Part shown: positions 25,029-36,902 of the stretch, one piece after another
Layout of the letters: each line of letters opens with the position of its first letter
How positions within the stretch are numbered: the stretch's first letter is position 1
Assembly (NCBI RefSeq): GCF_006345805.1
Contig: NW_021835207.1
Location: forward strand, 1-50,299
Direction: 5' to 3'
DNA length: 50,299 nt
Source: Octopus sinensis
Taxonomy: Eukaryota
Made by a program: the position numbers and the translations under genes
The notes under the pieces: generated by a model
Seen by the model: only the letters and a program-made list of their open reading frames with translations
What the model was told of the DNA's origin: nothing
Databases searched by the model: none

Positions 25029-25420
25029 CTAGCAGTATCGCCCGGCGTTGCTCGGGTTTGTAAGGGAAATAACTATATAAGCATTTTTAGAGAGTTATAG
25101 CCAAAAAATAGCAAAAAAATGCATTAAAATGGAAAAAAATTATGGTAAATTTTTTTTAATCGTTGACTCATCGTAGACATTTTTAGAGAGTTACTTCCCT
25201 TATATAATAGCGAAAAATTCATTAAAATGGAAAAAAATGATGGTAAATTTTTTTAAAAACCACGACTCATCGTAGACGCGCGCTAATACCCAGAAGGGCT
25301 CGATATGAATCACGACTATAAGATACCCGGTTTTGATTAAACTGCACCGCAAAATGTGGGAGTAGTTAGGAATCTAAATCGTAGGAGACAGACACACAAC
25401 TTCACTTTTATATATAAAGA
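25029..25420 (-). mobile_element. Complete non-autonomous Helitron
   Basis: Minus strand begins TCTTTATATATAAAAG and ends CCCGAGCAACGCCGGG (hairpin) CGATACTG-CTAG, inserted between A and T with no TSD; two internal repeats of about 97 bp (about 25082-25277). Confidence 0.88.
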
Positions 25421-26395
25421 TATCACCTCTCATTTAATAGTAAGTCGAAAATGCTAAGTACTTATTAATGCGATGTCTGATTTTGTCATGTCTTATTTTG
25501 TTTAGCTTCCTTGTAATAATAATTTGAAAGCAACATTTAATCCACCATCAATATAGAACCTAATTTCGTAAAACTAGTTTAAATACTGTTGTTATTGTCT
25601 GAGAATTAGCTCATATTTGGAGCGGCTTTCTATTCACTCACTTCATTAAACTTTATATTCTAAGACAAAATTTGCCTCAAGCGAAATATTCTTTATTGCT
25701 TACTGCTCATTGGTTTAGACAGATAAACACACAGACAGACTGAAAAACGCTGAAAAACGCACAGACATGTTTTCAATCTGTGTTAGACAGTTCTTGGATT
25801 TTCATAAAGACAGTTGCAAATAGTTCTTTATAATTATCATTTTTGATAGGCTGGCGTGTCTATGCAAGAGCTACATCGTATGATGTAATATAATTTAATA
25901 TATTATCTAATATAATAAAATATAATATAATATGATATAATATAAAATAATATGACATAATGCAATATAATATGATTTACAATGTTATTTGGAAAAGGAG
26001 AAGAGAAAACGTGGCCAGAAAATTATAAGTGTTTCTAAATCGATTTTTATATAAGATTACGAATTTCAGAGAAAAATTATATCGGATTAAATCGTTCCTT
26101 CGTATATCACTAGTATCTATTGTATCTCAAGCTTAGATCCATGGACGACTTATTACTACTACTAATATTTTGTTGTATTAGTACAAGGGATATAGTTAAT
26201 CGCATTGAGCCTTGTGTATAAATGGTACATATATGTATGCAAATGCACACACACATACATGTACAAGAAAGATATATATATACTAATTTCGTTTACGGGA
26301 AACGTTTTGAATATGCCTATAAAAGCTCCTATCTTATTCCGGCTACGGCCTAATGATACTGACTGAAATAAAAGTTTTTCGGGGTTATGTATGAT

Positions 26396-26447
<52 letters not shown>

Positions 26448-26465
26448 TATAATATATATGTATAT

Positions 26466-26497
<32 letters not shown>

Positions 26498-26649
26498 CAT
26501 ATATATATACAGTGTACATTTAAACACATGAAGAATCCACTCGTGAGATTCAACACGCTAGAAAGAACAGCTAGGTTCTATAACCACAAAATTAGGGATA
26601 AAATTCGACAGGAACGAAATGAAAAAATAAAAATATTTTACCATCTAGT

Positions 26650-26734
26650 TTCCTGGACCAATTGGTTTCTGATTTTAGTTTAGCAAGTAAATGAATAACA
26701 AATACTCGCTAAGTGAAATCGTCTTCAGCAGGAA
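26650..26734 (-). ncRNA. Type I hammerhead ribozyme, near perfect
   Basis: Minus strand: TTCCTG-CTGAAGA-cGATTTcacTTAGCGAGTA(tttgttattcatt)TACTTGCTAAactaAAATCa-GAA-ACC(AATT)GGT-C-CAGGAA; 6-bp stem I, long stem II, palindromic stem III ACCAATTGGT, GUC cleavage between 26656 and 26655. Confidence 0.88.
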
Positions 26735-26756
26735 TACCTAGGGTTAAACGTATAAG

Positions 26757-26938
26757 CACGAGGCGATCAAATTATGTGCCTCTTGTTTTTACAGCCTAAT
26801 TTCTCAAAATCTACTGCGCAGCCGCAGCCTTTCGCCAGCAATAAAGAAATGCCAACTTTTAAAAACCGAAAATTATCTCAAACCTTACAATACTTAATCA
26901 TATCAAACGGAAATTAGGATGCATAAACAAGAGGCACA
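26757..26938. mobile_element. MITE with 29-bp inverted repeats (mariner-like)
   Basis: 26775-26803 versus reverse complement of 26910-26938: 26/29 identical; outer left end CACGAGGCGATCAAA is mariner-TIR-like; right end abuts a SINE tail. Confidence 0.7.
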
Positions 26939-26939
26939 A

Positions 26940-27100
26940 CGTCGCTTGACGTAGCGGTTCGGCAAAACAGACCGATAGAAAAAAGTACTAGGCTTACAAA
27001 GAGTAAGTCCTAGGGTCGATTTGTTCTACTAAAGGCGGTGCTCCAGCATGGCCGCAGTCAAATGACTAAAACAAATACAAGAACGACATAATAAAAGAAT
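26940..27100 (+). mobile_element. SINE family A, 3' tail
   Basis: TAGCGGTTCGGCAAA...GGCGGTGCTCCAGCATGGCCGCAGTCAAATGACT. Confidence 0.88.
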
Positions 27101-27111
27101 ATGCATGTATG

Positions 27112-27168
<57 letters not shown>

Positions 27169-27889
27169 TCTAGGAATAAAGAAATAGAAATTTAAATCAA
27201 AATTTAAATTTTTCATTTATTAAATTTCGATTTTCATTTCGATTCTTATTTTCCTATTTTCTTTCTCTCTTCTTCTTTAACAATTTCCGTTAGTCTTTTT
27301 TGTGTTTATTTATAATTTTTATTTCTAAAAAATTCGAATTTTAAACCTCACCCTCACGAAAAAAAAAAAAAAAAAGAAAAAGACATTAAATATATACATA
27401 TATATAAACATTAAATATAAAAAATTTTATATAAAAATAATAATTATAAAATTCCATTTCCTGGTTCGATGAAATCTGTGTGATAATTGGTTGAGTTAGC
27501 GTTATTGTTTGTGTGATTGGCATTTTACATATTGTTGAAGGAATGGGAAATGGTGCTACAAATAAAGATTATTATTTTTTCTTCTTTTTTGAAAAATTAA
27601 AATAATCAAAAAATATCAATCGAAGAAAATTGAATTACGAGCATTTGAATCAAACGAAGGGAAGAAAAGGTGTTGTTGGTTGTTTGGTGTTGTTGGTTGT
27701 TGGTTGTGAATTTGGAAGAAAAATAAGGAAAACAAAACTTCTTGTTTATAACACATACACACACGTGTGTGCGTGTGCAGAGTCTTCTGTTCGTCGTGTT
27801 CTGTGATTCACATTCCTGATTTTTGGCGCAACCGTATAAAGTGAGGAAACGAAACCCCCGAGTAGCGATGCGAAATGTTTTCAGCTTCA

Positions 27890-27970
27890 TTCGACTGACT
27901 GAAGAATAATCTTTTCTTTATTCCTCACAGAGGGTTTATATAAAAGTCTGGAGATGGCACGAGACGTCAC
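27890..27970 (-). promoter_or_regulatory. Candidate Pol II core promoter
   Basis: Minus strand: TGACGTC (27969-27963), TATAAA (27940-27935), Inr-like TTATTC and TCAGTC 33-45 nt downstream; orientation is ambiguous because the plus strand also reads TATAAAA. Confidence 0.3.
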
Positions 27971-28953
27971 AACTCAAAAAGAGTGGCATTTAATCGTGTA
28001 AAAATTATAATAAATAAAAATTATAACAAATCCCAAAATAGGAAGGTTTCGAAGGGCTGTTCATGGAAAACCCACAAAAACCACAATCACCCTGACCTTT
28101 GGGGCAAGTACCCTCTCCACTTTATCTACCCTCGATCTTGAGGTGCATGATTAGTGAAGATCCGTTCACTCGGGCCATTCACACTACATTCACCCACCTT
28201 TTAATAAAATTGCTGGGAGGCAGCACTTCTCTACTTTCATTTTCCTTTACAAATGAAACTTGAAAAAGTTGATGAGGACTTCGCCAAAGAAGAAAGTGTC
28301 TGTCTTCATCCCTTTCAACCTGGTCCACTACACAACCTCTCCCTCTAAGGCCAAGTAGCCGTCACACGCAAGTGTGTATGGTTCAGTAGCATGTTCTATG
28401 CGTTCTTTAATTGTTTAGGTGCTCTCTGATGGCGTTGTGTTCCCGAAGTGACGGCTGGTGAGAGCCGTCGAGGACCAGCATATGGATATAACGCGCTGTC
28501 CATCCCGGTATTTGAACTCATGGCTGTTTGATACTTATTATATGCCATTGCTAAGTGACTAGGGCTTTCATATCTTAGCTTATCTTCTAGTGAAGTTCAT
28601 AATAATTCTAGTCATACTTTGGGATATATTTACTAGAGGCTGGAACCTGTAAAAGACCGGTTACGGGTACGAGGGCCCCAGGTGTTCTGAGCAACTGCAA
28701 CGTGCCTTCTTCAAAGGAATAGCATGATGTTTAAACGTAAATTAAATTCGAAAAGGTTGAGTATTACATACTCTTACAGGTTCGAAAGCAAGCCTCAGCT
28801 TAAATTGGTACTGCAAAGGTATTAATAAAACACAATATCGAGTCGTTATGCAACATGCGTAGAATGTTTGATGGGATAATCTGTCATGCTTCGCGTAATG
28901 GTTAGGGTCTTCGGTTCACGATCGCAACGTCGTGAGTTTGACAAAAGTCAAAC

Positions 28954-29036
<83 letters not shown>

Positions 29037-29039
29037 ATA

Positions 29040-29437
29040 GTTGACCTCAAGCAGTTGAGCATGTCCCTTAGTGGCTGACGATATGTGCATATCTGATCAA
29101 GAGCAGAAGTAGTGGGGAGCATCATAGCCATGTGTTGAGAGGAATTCTTTGGAGTTTGAATAATTCACCTCTAGAAACATGGGTGTTTCAGTCAACATCC
29201 TTAGACAAACCTTCTGAGCGGGATGGGCTACTGAACCTGTAGAAAATTCTAACTGGGCCCCAGCTGTAAGGTCATACGCTGTTTATCTTGATATGAGATC
29301 ACCATGTCTTCCTCATATGGTTGTGATGCATGTGACTGGTGTACTCTTATCAGACGGTTAGCCATGATGGGTATACTGGATTTCGTATATTTTTACCCTA
29401 GTCTCACTTTGATGGCATGCGCTGCTCTCTCACTCAG
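29040..29437 (+). mobile_element. Probable retroposon 3' UTR fragment embedded in (TAA)n
   Basis: About 400 bp of complex sequence bounded by (TTA)n and ending CTCTCTCACTCAG-(TAA)n; no ORF; family not identifiable by eye. Confidence 0.45.
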
Positions 29438-29451
29438 TAATAATAATAACG

Positions 29452-29490
<39 letters not shown>

Positions 29491-29604
29491 TAATAATAAT
29501 AATAATAATAATCAGCAATAAGCACAATGCCTGTAATTTTGAGGGAGGGGACCAGTCGATTACATCAATCCCAGTGCTCGACAAATACCCCCGAAAGGAT
29601 GAAA

Positions 29605-29700
29605 GAGAAGAAGAAGAAGACGAAGAAGAAGAAGAAGAAGAAGAAGAAGAAGAAGAAGAAGAAGAAGAAGAAGAAGAAGAAGAAGAAGAAGAAGAAGAAG
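29605..29700. repeat. (GAA)n microsatellite
   Basis: About 31 near-perfect GAA units. Confidence 0.97.
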
Positions 29701-30449
29701 CCCAACAACAAGAACAGTAACAACAACAACTTTAATGGCCATGGTGATGATGATAAAAAGGAGGGGAGGATTATGATATGAAAGATGAAGAGGAAGAGGA
29801 GAGATGGGGAGGATGATAGAGGAAAGATGGGGGAAGAGGACATGAAGGAGGAGGAAGAGGAAGAGGATTAGCACATGCATAATAACACTGAGAATTGGTG
29901 ATAAACTTGAAGTTCACTTTTGAAATTAGGGCGACTGAGGTATTTTGATGAGGTTGGAGAGGAAGGAAGACAAAAAAAAGGGGGGCATCTGATCTGAATG
30001 TTACAGAATGAATGGGGTGAGACAAAGGTGGAGAGGTGAAAACAGAGAGAGGGGGAAGAGGGGAGAGAGAGAGAGAAAAAGGAAGAAACATGAAGGGAGG
30101 AGGCTCAGCGAGAGAGAGAGAGAAAGAGAGAGAGAGAAGAGGCAGGTTAGGACAGAGCAGGCAGATGTGTAATAGCCAGAAGAGAACAGCATGAGGAATG
30201 GTTGAAAGACTTATATTGGTCGGTGGTGGTAGTGGTAGTAGTAGTAGTAGGTGAATAAGGTGGAATATGAGGAAGAGGAAGAAGAAGAAGAAGGGGAGAG
30301 GGGTATTTGGTTGTGAGGTGTACGAAGCGAGTTGTTAGGTTCGAAGAATAAGACGTGGTTTTGAACAGAACCATTATGGGACTGCGTCCATGTTAGTTCG
30401 ACAAGTCAGTGTGTAATCGAGTGACCGCACGGACGATCGAGTAGGAGAC

Positions 30450-31508
30450 CATGGCGGTGGTGGTTGCGATGATGGTGTGGTGGCGGCGGTGTTTGTAGTG
30501 ATGATGGTTGTAATGATAGTGGGTGCGGTGACAGTAGTCTTGGGGGTTGCTTTGATGGTGGAAGGTGAAGACAGTGGTGGGTGATGGTTGTTATACAGGT
30601 CTCGGTAGAAGTAGTAGCGATGGTGATGGTAGTGGTGGGGGTGGTGGTGATGACGGTGATGGTAGTGGTGGTGGTGGTGATGGTGATGGTGATGGTGGTG
30701 GTGATAGTGGTGATGGTGGTGGTGATGGTGGTGGTGATAGTTGTAATGGTGGTGGTGATAGTGGTGATGGTGGTGGTGATGGTGGTGGTGGTGATAGTGG
30801 TGATGGTGGTGGTGGTGGTGATGGTGGTGGTGATGATGATGGTGGTGGTGATGGTGGTGATGGTGGTGGTGATGGTGGTGGTGGTGATAGTGGTGGTTGT
30901 GGTTGTGGTGATGATGATGGTGGTGGTGGTGGTATGGTTGTGGTTGTGGTGGTGGTGATGGTGGTGGTGGTGAGGGTTATGGTGGTGGTGGGTTTGGCGG
31001 TAGTAGTATTGGTGGTGTTGGTGGTACTGATGGTGTTATTGGTATGGTAGTCACGTTGTTAGTAATGATGATAGTGTCGATGGTAACAGTAGAAATCGCG
31101 GTGGTGGTGGTGGTAGACTTGGTGGTAGTAGTGTTGGTAATGGTGGTGAAGACGATGACGATGGTAACATTAGAAATCGCGGTAGGGATAATGGTGATTG
31201 TGGTGGTATTGGAGGTGTTGGTGGTGCTGATGGTGGAGGCGGCCGTGGTGGTGATAGTAATTAATAAAATTAATGATGGTCGCATTGAAGGTTTTCTTGA
31301 AGGTGCTGGTGACGACGGTGATAATACAAATAGTGGGGGCGTTGGAGTGTTGTTGTTGTGGTTGGTGGTGGTGGTGGCATTAGTGGTGGTTGTATTAATG
31401 GTAATGACCAGAGATGATAAAAGTACTGGATGTAGTAGTGTTTGTGGTGACACTGGTACAGTGGTCGCCGTAGTAGCAGGGATGGTTAAAGTGCTAGCGG
31501 TAACGATG

Positions 31509-31541
<33 letters not shown>

Positions 31542-32480
31542 ATAGTAGTAGTAGTAGTAATAGTAGTAGTAGTAGTAGCAGCTGCAGCAGTAGTATTATA
31601 TTATAATTACTGTTGATGTTGCTAGCAGTAGTAGTAGTGGTGGTGGTGGTAATGGTGATGGTGTTGGTGGTGGTGGTGCTGTTAGAGGTCTTAGTAGTGG
31701 TCGTTGCAGTTATAGTAGTAGTGCTGTTGGTGGTGTGAAAAGTTGTTGTAGTGATATGGTAGCGTTGGTGGTGATATTGGTACATTAGTGAGAATGGTAG
31801 TTGAGCTAGTTAAACGGTTGTTGTTGTTGTTGTTATTAGTGGCGGTGGTGGTGGTGGTGGTGGTGGTAGTTGCGGCGCTAGTGGCAGTGGTCGTGGCGTG
31901 TATTTTGTCGTTTAGCTGCAAATCCCTGCATGCGTACGCGTAAGTACTGGTAGTAGTAGTAGTAGTTAATGATGGTAGTAGTGGTGATCGTAGTGGTACT
32001 TGGGTTGATGGTAGTGCTGACAGGAGTGGTGGTGGTCGTCGTAGAGGTGATGAATTTGTTGTTGGTGGTGGAGGTGGTGGTAGTAGTGGTATGGTTGTGG
32101 TGGTGGTGGTAGTGATGGTGATGGTGGTGGTGGTGATGGTAGTGGTGGTGGTATGGTTGTGGTGGTGTTGGTGATGGTAGTGCTGACAGGAGTAGGGGTC
32201 GTCGTCGTTGTAGAGGTGATGATGGTGGTGGTGGTAGTTGTGGTGGTGGTAGATGTGGTGGTGGTAGATGTGGTGGTGGTAGATGCGGTGGTGGTAGTGG
32301 TATGGTTGTGGTGGTGTTGGTGATGGTAGTGCTGACAGGAGTGGTGTTCGTCGTCGTAGAGGTGATGATGTTGGTGGTGGTGATGGTGGTGGTGGTGATG
32401 ATGGTGATGGTGGTAGTTTTGATGGTGGCGGTGGTAGTGGTATGATTGTGGTGGTGGTGGTGTGGGTCGGCGTGGAAGCG
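30450..32480. repeat. About 2-kb degenerate (GGT/GAT/GTA)n triplet field with higher-order units
   Basis: G/T-rich plus strand; GATGGTAGTGCTGACAGGAGT occurs three times (about 32007, 32173, 32322) and GATGGTAACA.TAGAAATCGCGGT twice (about 31079, 31160). Confidence 0.92.
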
Positions 32481-32572
32481 GCTTCGGTGATAAGATGCGG
32501 TAATGATGGTCGTGTGTTATGTATTGTGCCTGGAGTGTGGCGTTAGAACGCAGAAGTGGAAGCAGAAGTAGG

Positions 32573-32606
<34 letters not shown>

Positions 32607-33373
32607 TAATAATAATAACAACAACAACAGCAACAACAAAAGCAACAACAACAAAAGCAGCAGCATCAATAGCAATAACAACAATACCGATAACGACCAC
32701 AAGAAGAAGAATAATAAAACGCGAGTCGGTGGTGTTGACGAGTGAGGAAGCAATAAGTCTTGGAGTCGGGGAGAAATGGATCACTGGAGTCGTAGAGGTG
32801 GAGATGGCGGTGGCGACAGTGGTGGTGGCGACGGTGGCGGCGACGGTGGTTGAGAAACCAAAAATATATTTAAAAAAAAGTAAAAGTAGAAAAAAAATTA
32901 AGAAAAAAAGGAAAATAATAAAACAAACAAAAATTAAAAAAAAGCCTTCTACTCTCAAAGACAATAAGAAAAAAAGGACAAAACATAGAAACATAAAATG
33001 TAGTGGAGAAAGGAAAGTAGAGGGGAGGAGGAGGGTTGGATGATGAGAAGAGCAGCGGAGAAGGAAGATGAGGAGAGGAAGGAGAAAGGGAGAGCATGGA
33101 GAGTGTGGAGTGGGGCGTATGTGTGTGTGTGTGTGTGGTGTTGGACAGTCAGCCGGTGGATGGCAACCATTTAACATGAGTTTGTGGTTAGCCAAGCTGT
33201 GGCGGGTAAATGGAGAGACGGGAAGTTCAGAATTCGATTAAATCTAGCGAAGCTAGCCACAAAAGCCACTATATTTCCGCGTTAGCCACAACAGCTAAAC
33301 CGCACATTTCTCCTTTGCAGCCAGCAAGCCAACCAACCAACCAACCAACCAACCAACCAGCACGCTAGCCAGC

Positions 33374-33406
<33 letters not shown>

Positions 33407-33722
33407 CGGCAAGACGCATCATTTGGATAGCGCCGCTCTTAGATGACACGTATTCATTCGCACCATCGATACACAATAACTACTGCTACCGCCGCCGCCG
33501 CCGCCGCCTCCGCCGCTGCTGCTGTGTTGTCCATTTTGTTGTTGTGGTTGTTTACTACCATCCTTTATCGGAAGGAATGAAGAATGAGTGTCAAGCAAAA
33601 AAAAAAATGGATTGAATGAAAAAGTGAAAAAAATATATTAAACGAAATAGGAAAAAAGAACAAAATTCGGATATGAATAACCAAATATATTGAGTTTGTG
33701 TATGAATATAACTATATTAAAT

Positions 33723-33916
33723 AGGCGCAGGAGTGGCTGTGTGGTAAGTAGCTTGCTAACCAACCACATGGTTCCGGGTTCAGTCCCACTGCGTGGCATC
33801 TTGGGCAAATGTCTTCTGCTATAGCCCCGGTCAGACCAATGCCTTGTGAGTGGATTTGGTACACGGAAACTGAAAGAAGCCTGTCGTATATATGTATATA
33901 TATATATGTATATATG

Positions 33917-33956
<40 letters not shown>

Positions 33957-34164
33957 TGTTTGCCCCCCTAGCATTGCTTGACAACCGATGCTGGTGTGTT
34001 TACGTCCCCATCACTTAGCGGTTCGGCAAAAGAGACCGATAGAATAAGTACTGGGCTTACAAAGAATAAGTCCCGGGGTCGAGTTGCTCGACTAAAGGCG
34101 ATGCTCCAGCATGGCCGCAGTCAAATGACTGAAACAAGTAAAAGAGTAAAAGAGAGTAAAGAGT
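33723..34164 (+). mobile_element. SINE family A, full-length reference copy
   Basis: GGCGCAGGAGTGGCTGTGTGGTAAG head with A/B boxes, internal (TA)(TG) tract, GTAAAAGA-repeat tail. Confidence 0.95.
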
Positions 34165-34204
34165 ATATGCAAATGTGTGATTGTGTGAGTGTGAGTATAT
34201 GTGT

Positions 34205-34712
34205 GTGTCTATTCGTTTAATATTTCGTCTGTCTTTACGTTCTAAGTTCAAATTCCACCGAGGTCGACTTTGCCTTTCATCCTTTCGGGGTCGATAAATT
34301 AAGTACCAGTTGTGTACTGGGGTCGATCTAATCGACTACCCCGCCCCCCAAATTTTGGGCCTTGTACTTAGAATAGCAAAGAATATTAACTGATGTAGTT
34401 ATTGATTTCATTTTAGCTTATTTCGTTGATATGAAATAGGGTACGTATAGATATACGTGTATATGTCCATGCATTAATGTATGTATATATGTATGTATGT
34501 ATATACATATATAAATACGACGAGCTGGCAGAATCGTTAGCACGCCGGGTGAAATGCTCAGCGTATTTCGTCTGCCGTTACGTTTTGAGTTCAAATTCTG
34601 CCGAGGTCGACTTTGTCTTTCATCCTTTCGGGGTCGATTAAATAAGTACCAGTTACACACTGGGGTCGATGTAATCGACTTAATCCCTTTGTTTGTCTCC
34701 TCTGTGTTTAGA
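34205..34712 (+). mobile_element. Two family B SINE copies (34205-34385 and 34518-34712)
   Basis: GAGGTCGACTTTG.CTTTCATCCTTTCGGGGTCGAT core occurs twice. Confidence 0.9.
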
Positions 34713-34772
34713 TCCAGAGAAGGGAAGACAGAGGAAAAAAAATCGCCAACGGCACACACGAGGTCACATTTT
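34712..34772 (-). mobile_element. Truncated copy of the 1550-1760 HHR-bearing repeat
   Basis: Reverse complement matches 1551-1612; it is cut before the ribozyme where it meets the SINE. Confidence 0.7.
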
Positions 34773-35712
34773 GGGATATGGATATATAATTATATACATA
34801 TGCGTGTGTGTGTGTGTGTATGTGCTTGTGTGTATGTTTTATTGCACTGGACTAAATTTAGCTCTAGTGACCTTTTCCCTAATCTTTGACCCAATATGCA
34901 TTCCATGTATGTGCAACAAATATTTTGCAAGCTGTTTCTAATGTGGAAGCAGTTATAAATAATATAAATATATACTGGGTATAAAAATTAATTTTAAGAG
35001 AAACATCATCTTCATTGAGACAAACATCCTTTCTCGCTTGTAATATTAAAGTCTCTAATTCAGATGCCTGAAAAACATCGAGTCCCTCTGGTGCAAATAT
35101 TATCACGTCCTTGCTTTGTGTATCAGGGGTCGCTACATGCCTTTTTCCATCCGAAGAAGTTTCTACCGAATGAATTTTGAGCTATTATTTCTAGCTGAGT
35201 TCGCATTTGATAGATCTCGGAGAAGCAGAAATATTTCTCGGTGATGATAAATTACTGTTTTGCTTCTGTATTTTGTTGGCTGTGATGTAAGAAGCTTGTT
35301 TTCAAGCCACATAGTTCTGGGTTCAACTACACTACGTGGCAACTTGGGTCAGTGCCATCTACTTTAGTTTCGGACCGACCAATGCCATGTGAGAGAAAAC
35401 GTACGTGTACTGTGTGGCATGTGAAGTTATTTATAATTTGCTTAACAGGAAAGTATATATATTTAGAGCTTTCAACATCTGTCGCTGTACTTCATTCTGA
35501 ATACCGATGACACACATGCATATATACATACATATAGATACACACCTCATCTGATCAATCGATTGTCATTTTCCGATTCCACTCGTATTTATTTCTATTA
35601 TTGTTTCGTGAATGAATTTGCTTACACCTATTATCTGTCGTATGACTTGAATTCATTTTTCGTCTGAGAAAAATTAGGTATTGTAACAACAGGCACTGGG
35701 AATATTCCTGGT

Positions 35713-35739
35713 CCCGGTATTACCAGGTACCTCAGCTAG
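35713..35739 (+). mobile_element. Helitron-like 3' end
   Basis: CCCGGTATTACCAGG hairpin then TACCTCAG-CTAG followed by T; the same terminus occurs inverted at 49061-49082. Confidence 0.55.
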
Positions 35740-35805
35740 TACATACATACATACATGCACATACACACCCATTATATATATATATATTATATATATATAT
35801 ATATA

Positions 35806-35841
<36 letters not shown>

Positions 35842-36027
35842 AAATAAGAAAATGGAGAAATACATCCAAATCAAATATCACTACAGATAATACCCAATCA
35901 CATACTTTTTAAACCCCACATAAGAAACTTTAAGGTCAAACATAATAATATAGAACAAAACAGTGTACGTAAAGGAGTATATGATACAATAAGTACAATA
36001 TGTATAAGAGAATATAAATATAAATAA

Positions 36028-36065
<38 letters not shown>

Positions 36066-36066
<1 letters not shown>

Positions 36067-36375
36067 CGAGAAGTCAAAAGTTATCAGCACTTTCGCTATA
36101 ACTCATCTGTATTATTGTCGCACTTCCTTCTGCGCACGCGTGCTTATAGTTGCTACTATTGTGGTCAGGTGATCGAAGTTTGAGCCTGATCGCGCCATTT
36201 TTCATTTTGGCTTTACAAAGTTAATATGGCTGCTCAACTAGCAATGTACTCAAACTTCGATCTATATAAAGACCACAATAGTACGAACTATAAGCACGCA
36301 TGCGCGGAAGGCAGTGTGACAATAGTAAAGAAATGTTATGGTGAAAGCGTGGACGATTTTTGATTTCCCTTCGTG
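36066..36375. mobile_element. Mariner-like MITE with long imperfect TIRs
   Basis: TA-CGAGAAGTCAAAAGTTATCAGCACTTTCGCTATAAC... versus ...GTTATGGTGAAAGCGTGGACGATTTTTGATTTCCCTTCGTG-TA; arms homologous over about 120 bp. Confidence 0.7.
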
Positions 36376-36427
36376 TACATATATATATTGTGTGTATGTA
36401 GGTGTTTGCGCGCACGCGTATGGGTGC

Positions 36428-36462
<35 letters not shown>

Positions 36463-36663
36463 GCACCCATACGCGTGCGCGCACACCTACATACACACAC
36501 ACATATATATGTACACGAAGGAAATCAAAAATCGTCCACGCTTTCACCATAACATTTCTTTACTATTGTCACACTGCCTTCCGCGCATGCGTGCTTATAG
36601 TTCGTACTATTGTGGTCTTTATATAGATCGAAGTTTGAGTACATTGCTAGTTGAGCAGCCATA
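36225..36663. repeat. Near-perfect palindrome of about 440 bp centred on (AT)n
   Basis: 36225-36430 is the reverse complement of about 36459-36663 with only a few differences, mostly in the microsatellite parts. Confidence 0.95.
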
Positions 36664-36674
36664 ATATATATAAA

Positions 36675-36902
36675 AAGGCGGCGAGCTGGTAGAAACGTTA
36701 GCACGCCGGCGAAATTCGTAGCCGTATTTCGCCTGTCGTTACGTTCCGAGTTCAAATTCCGCCGAGGTCGACCTTTGCCTTTCATCCTTTCGTGGTCGAT
36801 AATTAAGTACCAGTTACGCACTGGGGTCGATGTAGTCGACTTAATCCCTTTGTCTGTCCTTGTTTCCCCTCTGTGTTTAGCCCCTTGTGGGTAGTAAGAA
36901 AT
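36675..36902 (+). mobile_element. SINE family B, full-length copy
   Basis: AAGGCGGCGAGCTGGTAGAAACGTTAGCACGCCGG...GAGTTCAAATTCC...GCCCCTTGTGGGTAGTAAGAAATA. Confidence 0.92.

Noticed and set aside
28440-28490. Perfect 7-bp hairpin GACGGCT/AGCCGTC between CCGAAGT and GAGGAC
   Set aside because: HHR-like spacing, but both core halves are mutated and stem I is weak.
31966-33195. Longest ORF (409 aa, minus) and other long low-complexity ORFs (16287-16809, 30565-31616, 40205-40912, 44687-45480)
   Set aside because: They are translations of triplet microsatellites lacking stops in some frames; no domain or splice structure is evident.
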